DNA of 64,000 nt from an uncultured delta proteobacterium (GTDB taxonomy: Bacteria; Myxococcota_A; Polyangia; Haliangiales; Haliangiaceae). Each line of letters opens with the position of its first letter. The first letter of the stretch is position 1. The notes beneath the pieces were generated by a model. The model was not told where the DNA came from. It did not search any database and saw only the letters and a program-made list of their open reading frames with translations. The stretch covers positions 1 through 64,000 of the forward strand of contig CAWKDB010000001.1 of NCBI GenBank assembly GCA_963848295.1, written 5' to 3'. Positions 19,382 through 28,102 of the stretch are shown in pieces. Made by a program: the position numbers and the translations under genes.

Positions 19382-20748
19382 GGCGAGCCGCGCTCCTCGC
19401 CGCGCTCGCGAGCTGCTACTCGATGGCGCCCGAGTACAAGCGCCCTGCGTCGCCGGTCGCGGCGCAGATCGCGGGCGGCCAGGGCAGCGCGAAGGCCTCG
19501 GACGTGCCGCTCGAGCAATTCGTGCGCGATCCCAAGCTGCGCCAGATCCTCGCGCAGGTCGTCGCGCAGAACCGCTCGCTGCGTCGCGCGGTGCTCGACA
19601 TCGAGTCCGCGCGCCAGCTCTACCGGATCCAGCGCGCCGGGGTCTATCCGCAGGTCGGCCTGTCCGCCGGCGTCGTGACCGGCGCCGAGTTCCTCGGCAT
19701 CCCGGGCGAGGAGACGATCAAGATCACCGAGTACTCGGCCTCGGTCGGGCTCGCGAGCTGGGAGCTCGATCTGTTCGGCAAGGTCAAGAGCCAGTCCGAC
19801 TCGAAGCTGCACCAATACTTCTCGGCGGTCGAATCCGCGCGCGCGCAACGCACGAGCTTGATCGCCGAGGCCGCGGCAGCGTACGTCACGATCGCGGCCG
19901 ATCGCAGCCGGCTCGCGATCGCGCGCGACACGATGGCGACGTCGAAGAAGGCGATGGATCTGACCGAGGAGCTCGTCGGCGGCGGCACGTCGAACCGTGG
20001 CGACTTCTGGCAGGCGTCGACGGTCTACGACCAGGCGCGGGGCGATGTCGCCGCGCTGACCGCGACGATCGCGCAAGACCGCAACGCACTCGAGCTGCTC
20101 GCCGGCGGCAAGCTCGACGATGCGCTGTTGCCGGCGTCGCTGCCCGATGCGCTCGATTGGTTCGCCGACGTACCGGTCGGCCTGTCGTCGGACGTGTTGC
20201 TCGAGCGGCCCGACGTGCTCGCCGCCGAGCACGATCTCATGGCGGCGAACGCGAACATCGGCGCGGCGCGCGCGGAGTTCTTTCCCTCGATCACGTTGAC
20301 CGCGAGTGGCGGGCTCGCGAGCCTCACGCTTGGCAAGCTGTTCACCGCGCCGACCGCGTTGTGGACGATCGCGCCCGGCCTCAACCTGCCGCTGTTCCGC
20401 GGTGGGGCGCTGCGCGCGAACCTCGCGTACACCGAGACGCAGAAGCTCGGCTTCGTCGCCACGTACGAGCGCGCGATCGAGAGCGCGTTTCGCGAGGTCG
20501 CCGACGCGCTCGCGACTCGCGCGACGATCGAGGACCAGCTCGCGGCGCAGACGGCGCTCGTCGAAGCGGCGACCAAAGGGCTCGAGCTGGCGCAGGCGCG
20601 CTACAAGGCCGGCGTCGACACGTTCCTGGCGACGCTCGTCTCGGAGCGCGCGTTGTACGCGGCGAAGAACTCGCTGGTCGCGACGCAGCTCGCGGCGCTC
20701 GACAACCGCGTGACGCTGTATCGCGTCCTCGGCGGCGGCTTGAAGTAG
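19378..20748 (+). CDS. RND outer-membrane factor lipoprotein (OprM/NodT-like)
   Basis: LASC lipobox, SWELDLFG, RPDVLAAE, LYRVLGGG. Confidence 0.93.
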   Translation: MRRAALLAALASCYSMAPEYKRPASPVAAQIAGGQGSAKASDVPLEQFVRDPKLRQILAQVVAQNRSLRRAVLDIESARQLYRIQRAGVYPQVGLSAGVVTGAEFLGIPGEETIKITEYSASVGLASWELDLFGKVKSQSDSKLHQYFSAVESARAQRTSLIAEAAAAYVTIAADRSRLAIARDTMATSKKAMDLTEELVGGGTSNRGDFWQASTVYDQARGDVAALTATIAQDRNALELLAGGKLDDALLPASLPDALDWFADVPVGLSSDVLLERPDVLAAEHDLMAANANIGAARAEFFPSITLTASGGLASLTLGKLFTAPTALWTIAPGLNLPLFRGGALRANLAYTETQKLGFVATYERAIESAFREVADALATRATIEDQLAAQTALVEAATKGLELAQARYKAGVDTFLATLVSERALYAAKNSLVATQLAALDNRVTLYRVLGGGLK

Positions 20749-20750
20749 CG

Positions 20751-21836
20751 CTATGACAGCAACAGACAGCGATCCCAGGCCGGTGCGGTCGTTGGATCGA
20801 GCGCCGCGATCAGCGCGAGGCCGACGCCGGCGGTGCCTTGCAGCAGATCGTCGCACGCGACATCGCGGCTGAGCAGATGAAAGTCGAGGCCGTGCGGCCG
20901 CGCCGCGAGCGAGAGCGTGTGAGCGAGCCAGCGGTCGGCGCCGACCAGCCATCCGCCGTCGCCGGTCGCGAGCGCGGCGCGGCGGTACATGTGCGAGACC
21001 CCCATGCTGCCGTGGCACAGCGACACGTCCGCGATCTTGCCGTTGTCGGCGTCGCGATGCGCGAGCGTATGGACGAGCAGCTCGCGAGCTGCGGCGAGCA
21101 CGGCGGTGTCGCCGAGCCGGGTGCCGGCTCGCCATAACGCCGATGCGATGGCGAGATCGCCGTAGCACCAGCCGAGCCGACTGGGCTCGGGGTCGCCGGC
21201 GAGCGCCGGGTACAGCGATGGCCCGCACGGCGATCGCGCCGCGCGCACGAGCTCGGTCAGCCGTCGCAGCAACGGCTGGCAGGCGACGCCGCGTTCGTCG
21301 GCGTGGCTCGCGAGCACGAGCGCCGCGGCCGCGCCATGGGCGAGCCCGAGGTCGAGCGGCGCCGCGCGGTACACCCGTTCGAGCCGGTCGAGCGCGGCTT
21401 CGACACACGCGCGCGCGGCCGGCGTCGGCAGTCGCTCGATCGCGTAGAGCAGAGCACCGACGCCATCGTGGAGAAAGTCGCTGCGTCCGGCATCGAGGTC
21501 GGCGATGACCCACGGCAACAGCACGCGATCGAGCTCGTCGAATGCATCCGCCGCGTCGATCATGCCGAGCGCGGCGAGATGCTGCAACCCCCAGCCGATG
21601 CCGGCGAGCCCGCTGCAATGCGAACGGCTCGCCACGCCAGTCGCGACCGCCGCGAGACAACGCTCGACCAGCGCGTGCAGCAGATCGATCTGGTCATCAT
21701 CGCCGGTGAGCTGAAAATAGTACGCGCGAAACAGCGCGCGACCCGCGTCGCCGTCGAGCAGCCCCGGCCGGACCTCGGCCGACTCGCGCAGCGCGCGATC
21801 GATGTGATGCAAGAGCTCGGGGGCGCTCGGCGTCAT
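20751..21836 (-). CDS. lanC: Lanthionine synthetase LanC-type cyclase
   Basis: GLAHG (catalytic His), WCYG and CHG (Zn ligands), repeated GxxG hairpins (GLLDGDAG, SGLAG, LLQGTAG); ATG 21836 preceded by GAGGT. Confidence 0.9.
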   Translation of the reverse strand: MTPSAPELLHHIDRALRESAEVRPGLLDGDAGRALFRAYYFQLTGDDDQIDLLHALVERCLAAVATGVASRSHCSGLAGIGWGLQHLAALGMIDAADAFDELDRVLLPWVIADLDAGRSDFLHDGVGALLYAIERLPTPAARACVEAALDRLERVYRAAPLDLGLAHGAAAALVLASHADERGVACQPLLRRLTELVRAARSPCGPSLYPALAGDPEPSRLGWCYGDLAIASALWRAGTRLGDTAVLAAARELLVHTLAHRDADNGKIADVSLCHGSMGVSHMYRRAALATGDGGWLVGADRWLAHTLSLAARPHGLDFHLLSRDVACDDLLQGTAGVGLALIAALDPTTAPAWDRCLLLS

Positions 21837-21844
21837 GACAGACC

Positions 21845-22012
21845 TCAGCAGCCGTAGACCGACGTGCCGGTCGTACAACACTGCTCGGCGCAGATGCTCG
21901 CCTTCGTCATCGCCGGCGCGAGGCCACCGCCGGCCGCGCGCAGGTCGCTGTCGCTGAGCACGGCGACGGTGATCTTGTTGAGGTTCAGCTTCTTGGTCGG
22001 GATCTTCTTCAT
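21845..22012 (-). CDS. Class I-type lanthipeptide precursor (55 aa)
   Basis: MKKIPTKKLNLNKITVAVLSDSDLRAAGGG-LAPAMTKASICAEQCCTTGTSVYGC: LxLxKx5L leader motif, Gly-Gly-type junction, core with 4 Cys and 6 Ser/Thr; ends 8 nt upstream of lanC. Confidence 0.85.
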   Translation of the reverse strand: MKKIPTKKLNLNKITVAVLSDSDLRAAGGGLAPAMTKASICAEQCCTTGTSVYGC

Positions 22013-22135
22013 GGTGGTTCTCGTCGAGGTGAGGTGGGTGGCGGCTGTCCTCGTTTCCATCACCGCCGCTCATCAAGAGCGAGCCGTCGCGAGTCGTCGC
22101 AAAGAAATCGCGTCCTCTCGGATCGGGCCGAGTTC

Positions 22136-24856
22136 TCAGGGGTTAGCGCTGCGGCGCTGCTGCCATGCCGCGATCTCCGCGAGCCGGGTCTCGATGTGCG
22201 TGACCATCAGGCGGAGCCCGCCGGGTTTCACGGTCGCGAGCGCGGCGCGAAAGTCGCGTACGGCGTCGTCAGCCAGCGTCCTCGCGCGTGCCCGCTCGGG
22301 GGCGCCACCGTCGTCCCATAGCGCCCGGGCGAGCCCGAACTCGGCGCCGGCGCGGCGTTGCAGGAGCGCGTCGGGATCGTCGACGAGCTTGCGCACCACG
22401 GGTTCGAGCAACTCGCGCGCCTCGTGCGGCTTGCCGGTCGTGACGAGCGCGCCGCCGAGCGCGACCGCGGCCGATGCGTAGTCGGTCGCGAGCCCAGGCT
22501 TGCGGTCGATCTCGACCGCCTTGCGCAGCGGCTCGAGCGCTTGCTCCGGCTTGCCGAGCTGCAGCCAGCCACGGCCGATGCCCTCGTTCGCTTCGCCTTG
22601 CACATCGTCGCCGCCGCTTCCCGGGTCGTGCTCGACCAGATCGAGCACGCCGCGATACGCCTCGACCATCATCCGGCCGTTGTCGTCGATCTCGTACGAC
22701 CGCGCGAGCGCGATCGCGGCGGCGATCTCGGCGCTCCGCTCGTGCATCTCGTGCGCGACCGCGACGTACTCGCGCGACAGCGTGATCGCGCGCGGCGCGT
22801 CGCCGGCCTGAAATGCAAGCATCTGCTTGTTCGCGATCGTCACGAGGTCCTTGACCCCGCCGCTCTGGGCGCGCGCGAGGTCCCCGAGCCTCGCCTGTTC
22901 CAAGGCCTTGCTCGTCTCCTCGAAGTTGCCGCTCGCGGAGTACTCGCGCGCGAGCAACAGATACAAGCTGGTGAGCTCGGGGCTGTGAGCGCCGGTCCGG
23001 GCGGTCATCGGCGCGAGCAGGCCGCGTGCGAGCCCGATCGCGGTGGCGTGGTCGCCGGTCGCCGATGCCAGCTCGGCGCGGACGTTGGTGACGAAGACCT
23101 CGAGCTCGGGATCGCCGCCGGCGCGCGCCAGGGCCGCGGTGGCGAGCTCGATCGCCGAACGCGCTTCGTCGAGCTTGCCGAGCTTGATCACGATCTGCGC
23201 GAGCGAGTGTGCGACGCGCGCGACGCCGAGGTCGTCGTGGTTAGCCTCGGCGGTCGCCATCGCGTGGCGCAAGACGTCGGCCGCGGCGTCTGGTTGCGAG
23301 CCGCGCGCGAGCGCCTCGGCTTCGGTGGTGGATGCGTCGATGATCGCCGGCTCGTAGCCGAGCGCGGTCGCGGTCGCGACAAGCGCGTGGATGTCCTCGA
23401 GCTTGCCGGTGCCGGAAAGCGCGAGCCCGAGCTCGGCCGCGTCGATCTGTTTGCGCAGTTGCTCGCCCGCTTGTTGCTGCATCGGCGACGCCGAGCCGCG
23501 CAGTGCCGTCCGGCAATCCCCGAGCGGGGGTAGCGCGAGCACCGCTGCATGCAGTTGATCGGGATCGGTGGCCGGGGTGACGCTCGCGACGAGGCTGCGC
23601 AATGCCTCGCGTGCGCGATCGAGGCAGGTCATTCTCGGATCGCCGCTCGCGTTGCCGGCGAGACACGCATCGCGCCGCAGCGCGATCCAGTCGTGGGCGT
23701 AGCTATCGACGATCGGCTTCGCGCTCGCGAACGTCGCTCGTGCGGCGGCGGTCCACGTGTCGTCGAGCTCGCTCGCCGTCGCGCGGCACGCGTCGACGGC
23801 GGAATGGCTGCTCGCGACGGTGAGCCCGATCGCGATCCCGACCGCCGCGAGCGACAGCAACCCACCGGCGACGAATGGCCAACGTCGCCGCGGCGGCCCG
23901 AGGGCGGCGCGCAGCGAGTCGATGGACGGAAAGCGCTGCGCGGGATCGGCGCGCAAGCCGCGCTCGAGGGCGGCGCGAATGCGGGCAGGCACTCGACGGC
24001 TGTCCGGCGTCGGCGCCAGCTCGCCCGCTTCGATCCGGGTGCGCAGCTCGGCATAGGTCTTCGCGGCGAACGGTCGCGCGCCGTAGAGTGCCTCCCACGC
24101 GGTCACGCAGAAGCTAAATTGATCAGACGCGACGGTCGGCTCGCCATCGGCGTGCTCCGGCGCCATGTACGCCGGTGTTCCGAGCACCGCGCCGGTCTGC
24201 GTCAGGTCGAACAGGTCGCGCACGCTCGCGGCGGCATCGAGCTCGCCATCGCTGCGCGCGAGCCCGAAGTCGCCGACTTGGACGGTGCCATCGTCGCCGA
24301 CGAAGATGTTGTCCGGCTTGAGATCGCGGTGGATGAGGCCAGCGGCGTGGGCCGCGGCAAGCCCGCTCGCCGCATCCCGTACGATGCGAACGGTGACGTC
24401 GGTTGGATGAGGGTTGGCGAGCCACGACCTCAGATTTTCGCCGTCGACCAGCTCCATCGCCACGAACGTCTGGCCATCGTGCTCGCCGACGTCGTAGACC
24501 GCGACGACGTTCGGATGGCGTAGCCGAGCGAGCAGCTGCGCCTCTCGTCGCAACCGAGACGCCGAACCGCCGCCGCGCAGCACCTTGATCGCGACGCGGC
24601 GCTGGAGCTCCGGATCGAACGCACAGTAGACGACGCCCATCGCGCCCGCGCCGAGCCGCCGCTCGATCACGTAGCGGCCGATGCGCTCGGGCGTGCCCGC
24701 GTCCACGGCCGGTGCAGCGCTCAGCTCGAGCAGCGCGGCGAGCATCTGGTGGCACTCGGCGCACGTCGCGGCGTGATCGACGATCGAGGCTCGCACCTGC
24801 GAGTCGAGCGTGTTCGCGACCAGCGCGTTGAACGTGTCCGGCTCGGGGCAGCCCAT
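22136..24856 (-). CDS. Membrane Ser/Thr kinase with N-terminal zinc finger (HxxxCxxC) and TPR-like extracellular region
   Basis: HAATCAEC; GAGAMG, VAIK, HRDLKPDN, DFG, GTPAYMAPE; one TM; helical repeats. Confidence 0.92.
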   Translation of the reverse strand: MGCPEPDTFNALVANTLDSQVRASIVDHAATCAECHQMLAALLELSAAPAVDAGTPERIGRYVIERRLGAGAMGVVYCAFDPELQRRVAIKVLRGGGSASRLRREAQLLARLRHPNVVAVYDVGEHDGQTFVAMELVDGENLRSWLANPHPTDVTVRIVRDAASGLAAAHAAGLIHRDLKPDNIFVGDDGTVQVGDFGLARSDGELDAAASVRDLFDLTQTGAVLGTPAYMAPEHADGEPTVASDQFSFCVTAWEALYGARPFAAKTYAELRTRIEAGELAPTPDSRRVPARIRAALERGLRADPAQRFPSIDSLRAALGPPRRRWPFVAGGLLSLAAVGIAIGLTVASSHSAVDACRATASELDDTWTAAARATFASAKPIVDSYAHDWIALRRDACLAGNASGDPRMTCLDRAREALRSLVASVTPATDPDQLHAAVLALPPLGDCRTALRGSASPMQQQAGEQLRKQIDAAELGLALSGTGKLEDIHALVATATALGYEPAIIDASTTEAEALARGSQPDAAADVLRHAMATAEANHDDLGVARVAHSLAQIVIKLGKLDEARSAIELATAALARAGGDPELEVFVTNVRAELASATGDHATAIGLARGLLAPMTARTGAHSPELTSLYLLLAREYSASGNFEETSKALEQARLGDLARAQSGGVKDLVTIANKQMLAFQAGDAPRAITLSREYVAVAHEMHERSAEIAAAIALARSYEIDDNGRMMVEAYRGVLDLVEHDPGSGGDDVQGEANEGIGRGWLQLGKPEQALEPLRKAVEIDRKPGLATDYASAAVALGGALVTTGKPHEARELLEPVVRKLVDDPDALLQRRAGAEFGLARALWDDGGAPERARARTLADDAVRDFRAALATVKPGGLRLMVTHIETRLAEIAAWQQRRSANP

Positions 24857-24863
24857 CGCGCGT

Positions 24864-24873
24864 AGTGTATCCT
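24864..24873. promoter_or_regulatory. Overlapping divergent -10 hexamers (putative bidirectional leaderless promoter)
   Basis: Minus-strand TACACT (24864-24869) is 7 nt from the kinase ATG; plus-strand TATCCT (24868-24873) is 6 nt from the sigma GTG. Confidence 0.55.
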
Positions 24874-24879
24874 CGACGC

Positions 24880-25686
24880 GTGTCCGATCCGCTCGCTAGC
24901 GCGATCCGCGCCGCCCACGCGACCGCTCGTGCCGCTTGGCCCGACGTCGCGGTCGAGCTCGTTCGGTTCGATGCCGAGCTGCGCCGCCGGCTCGGCCCGG
25001 AGCTCTCGGTCGACGAGCTCGCGAAGATCGTCACGACCGATGTCTATCTCGCGATCGCGTGCGCCGACGGCGATTCGCGGGCCGCGGCGCACCTCGAGCG
25101 CGAGCACTTCGCCGAGGTCGACATCGCGGCGCGCAAGCTGCGCGCAACCGACGAGCAAGCCGCCGAGATGCGCGGCCACCTGCGCGGCATCCTGTTCACG
25201 TCCGAGGGCAACCGGCGCGCCGCGCTCGCCGAGTTCACCGGGCGGGGCGACCTGCGCGGTTACTTCAAGGTGATCGCGACGCGCGAGCTGATCCGCGTCA
25301 TCAACCGCGGCCGCAAGGAGTTGCCGATCGAACCGGTGCTCGACCGGCTCGAGATCGATCGCGCGCCGGAGCTCAGCCTGCTGCGGGCGCGCCACGGTGC
25401 CGACATCGCGGTCGCGTTGCGCACCGCGCTCGCCGCGTTGCCCGAACGAGAGCGCGCGTTGCTCCGCTACAGCCTTGTCGACGGCTGGACTGTCGATCAG
25501 ATCGGCGAGGCGTACGGCGTGCATCGCGCTACCGCCGCGCGCTGGGCCGCCGCCGCTCGCGACGCGCTCGGCGAGCGCATCCGCGCCGAAGTCGCGGCCC
25601 GGCTCGCGATCGATCAAGGCGACGTCGACTCGCTGATCGAGCTCGTGCGCAGCCGGATCGATGTCTCGCTCGAACGCATTCTGTGA
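24880..25686 (+). CDS. Sigma-70 family factor, Myxococcales kinase-associated type
   Basis: DVYLAIACADGD, FTGRGDL, region 4 HTH (LPERERALL...QIGEAYGVHRATAARW), SRIDVSL. Confidence 0.8.
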   Translation: MSDPLASAIRAAHATARAAWPDVAVELVRFDAELRRRLGPELSVDELAKIVTTDVYLAIACADGDSRAAAHLEREHFAEVDIAARKLRATDEQAAEMRGHLRGILFTSEGNRRAALAEFTGRGDLRGYFKVIATRELIRVINRGRKELPIEPVLDRLEIDRAPELSLLRARHGADIAVALRTALAALPERERALLRYSLVDGWTVDQIGEAYGVHRATAARWAAAARDALGERIRAEVAARLAIDQGDVDSLIELVRSRIDVSLERIL

Positions 25687-25688
25687 AC

Positions 25689-26678
25689 CTAGAACGACGG
25701 GAACGTGTTCTTGCCGTCGGTGGTGAGCGGAGCGAAGTTCTGCAGGTCGGTCGTCGCGTAGAGGTTGCTCGCGAACATCGCGGTGTCGTGGCCCTGGATC
25801 ACGAGGGTCGTGCCGTCGGGGGACTCGCTGACGTTGTCCATCGAGTAACCGGTCGGCGCTGGCACGGTGCCGGTCACCGCGCCGTTCTGGACGAGCAGGA
25901 TGCCGTTACCGCTGCCGACCTGGCCGAGCGCCAGGATCGTGCCGTCGGGAAAGATCATGGGCTTGCTCAACTCGACCTCGGCGTGCACGAGCAAGGCGCC
26001 GCTTCCGTCGGGATCGTGCCTCCACAGCCCCTCGTTGTTCCCGTCGATGCACACCGAGTGGATCGCGATGACGTACGACCCGTCGGGCGAGAACCTCGGG
26101 TTGGTAACACCGGTGCAGTTGCTGCCCATCGCGGCCCCGAGCATCGTGACCGAGCCACCGGCGACCGCGACGGTCGATAGCGCGGTGCCGCCGCTCTCGC
26201 CGTCGAACAGGCCATAGTCGAGATAGAGCGTGCTGCCATCGGGCGACCACTCCGGGCCGTCGAGCGTGACCTCGTAGCCAGCCGGCGGCGTGATCGGTTC
26301 GGACACTTGATGCGGATTCGACCCGTCGACGCCGACGACGAACACCGCGGTCGGGATGGTGTACGCGATCCATTTGCGGTCGGGCGAGATCGCGATGCCG
26401 GTGATGGAGTCTCCAGCCGACAGCAGCTCACTCGACGCGCCCGACAGATCGCCGACCATCAGGCTGTCCAGGTACGGCGCGTCTTCGTGCGCGAACGCGA
26501 ACGACGACGGGCCGAGCGCGGTCGGGTCCCCCGAGCCCGAGCCGGACCCCGAGCCCGATCCGGACCCCGAGCCCGAGCCCGATCCGGACCCCGAGCCCGA
26601 GCCCGATCCGGACCCCGAGCCAGGTTGCGAGACGCACGAACACAGCACCGCGATGCCGATGACGATCAGGTTGCGCAT
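25689..26678 (-). CDS. Lipoprotein with (GS)n linker and TolB/PD40-like beta-propeller
   Basis: MRNLIVIG...CSC; ISPDRK, WSPDG, FSPDG and SPDG repeats. Confidence 0.8.
   Translation of the reverse strand: MRNLIVIGIAVLCSCVSQPGSGSGSGSGSGSGSGSGSGSGSGSGSGSGSGDPTALGPSSFAFAHEDAPYLDSLMVGDLSGASSELLSAGDSITGIAISPDRKWIAYTIPTAVFVVGVDGSNPHQVSEPITPPAGYEVTLDGPEWSPDGSTLYLDYGLFDGESGGTALSTVAVAGGSVTMLGAAMGSNCTGVTNPRFSPDGSYVIAIHSVCIDGNNEGLWRHDPDGSGALLVHAEVELSKPMIFPDGTILALGQVGSGNGILLVQNGAVTGTVPAPTGYSMDNVSESPDGTTLVIQGHDTAMFASNLYATTDLQNFAPLTTDGKNTFPSF
26530..26622 (-). repeat. Hexamer-based tandem repeat encoding about (GS)15
   Basis: CCCGAG/CCCGAT/CCGGAC units in tandem. Confidence 0.9.
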
Positions 26679-26821
26679 GGCGATCAGGAGTGACCTGATC
26701 GGATCCGTCGCACGAGCGCTCGAATCCAAGCCGGGACGGCAACTTGAGCGTCCGTCGCGGTCCGGCGGCTCGGTCTACGCTCGCCGCGACGACCAAGCAC
26801 CTCGCGCGACCTGGCGCGATC

Positions 26822-27232
26822 TCACCGGAGTTGTACGCCGAGCGATCTCAGCGAAGCGATCGACTTGCGGCGCGCGCTGATCCCACCCAGGTGGTGCTTT
26901 CCATCTTTGTACGTGATCGCGAGACAGGGCAGCTTGTTCGTGCCGGTATCGATCTCGCGGATGTCCGACATCAGAACCTGAAACGGCGGGCCGGTTCGTC
27001 GGCGCGCTTCGATCGCTGTCTTCGTGATCCGAAACGTTCCCGATCGCCGCCACAGCAAGCCCGCCACGGCCAAGAACACGACGCCACCGATCGCGGGATA
27101 ACCGGCGACGTCGAACCCTCGATCGACGACCATGAGCTTGACGCTCGCGGCGAGACATAGGGCGCCCATTCCGGCGAGCATCCACGCCGCCCTCCACGGT
27201 CCCAATTGCCCAGTTACGAGTGTGTCATCCAT
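26822..27232 (-). CDS. Hypothetical membrane protein (2 TM plus small domain)
   Basis: Two hydrophobic segments followed by a beta-rich domain. Confidence 0.55.
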   Translation of the reverse strand: MDDTLVTGQLGPWRAAWMLAGMGALCLAASVKLMVVDRGFDVAGYPAIGGVVFLAVAGLLWRRSGTFRITKTAIEARRRTGPPFQVLMSDIREIDTGTNKLPCLAITYKDGKHHLGGISARRKSIASLRSLGVQLR

Positions 27233-27347
27233 GGCTGCCTAGACCTTCCCGAAGATCCGCGCGAGCGGCCGCGAGCGGTGCGGCACCTCAAGCGACGGTG
27301 AATGCGCGTGCTCGCTGGTGCCATCTCTCGGCTCTCGGCGCGGTCGG

Positions 27348-27986
27348 CTAGGGCGCGACCCAGCCGCCGTCGACCGACACGTACGCGCCGTCGCGCATCT
27401 CCCAGCGCGGTTCGCGCCAGACAAAGCCCGGGCGCTCGCGCTCGTAGTGGCCGCCGATCCACGCCCACTGTCCGCCGCGCCAATCGTAGCGACCGCGGAT
27501 CCACACGAAGCCGCGGCGCGCTTCCCACCGCTCTTCACGGAGCGCGGGCGGTGCCATGGTCGGCGGCGGGGCGTACCAGCCGCCTTCAATGCGGACGTAC
27601 GCGCCGTCGCGCATTTCCCACCGCGGTTCGCGCCACGCAAAGCCAGGTCGCTCTCGCTCGTAGCGACCGCCGACCCAGCCGTAGCGACCGTTGTTGTAGT
27701 CCCAGCGGCCGCCGATCCACGTGTAGCCGCGGCGCTGTTCATGGCGCTCTTCCCGCAGCGCAGGCGGTGCCTCGCGCGGGCCGCGGTGCTCGTCGCGAAC
27801 GGCTTCGCGATGGTCCTCGCGGCGCACCTCGCGATGCTCTTCGGCGCGGTGCTCTTCGTGATGCTCCGCGGCTTTGTGCTCGTCGTGGCGCTCTTCATGC
27901 CGCGGCGGGTCGCCATACGACGGCGTGACCGACGCGATCGTCGCCGCGCCTAGCAGAGTTGCTAACAGGTTCCGGGTTCTTCGCAT
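27348..27986 (-). CDS. Secreted WxxGxW (YXWGXW) repeat protein
   Basis: Signal peptide, His/Glu-rich tract, two near-identical modules (PPALREER...WIxGRxD...WxGGxYERERPGFxWREPRWEMRDGAYV). Confidence 0.8.
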   Translation of the reverse strand: MRRTRNLLATLLGAATIASVTPSYGDPPRHEERHDEHKAAEHHEEHRAEEHREVRREDHREAVRDEHRGPREAPPALREERHEQRRGYTWIGGRWDYNNGRYGWVGGRYERERPGFAWREPRWEMRDGAYVRIEGGWYAPPPTMAPPALREERWEARRGFVWIRGRYDWRGGQWAWIGGHYERERPGFVWREPRWEMRDGAYVSVDGGWVAP

Positions 27987-28102
27987 GTGGCCTCCTAACG
28001 GTGGACGACTGTATCGCGATTCTATTCGCCGCGAGCAGGTCCGGCGCGGCGAAGGTGACATCGGCGACGAACGCCCACATCGCGGTGCGATACGATCGAG
28101 CC

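Noticed and set aside
21837..22076. N-terminal extension of LanC (ORF start 22076)
   Set aside because: It overlaps the precursor gene in another frame; ATG 21836 has an RBS and gives a normal-sized LanC.
22136..24856. Kinase as a LanKC/LanL-type lanthipeptide synthetase
   Set aside because: No lyase or cyclase domain; the Zn-finger/kinase/TM/TPR layout is that of sigma-associated myxobacterial signalling kinases.
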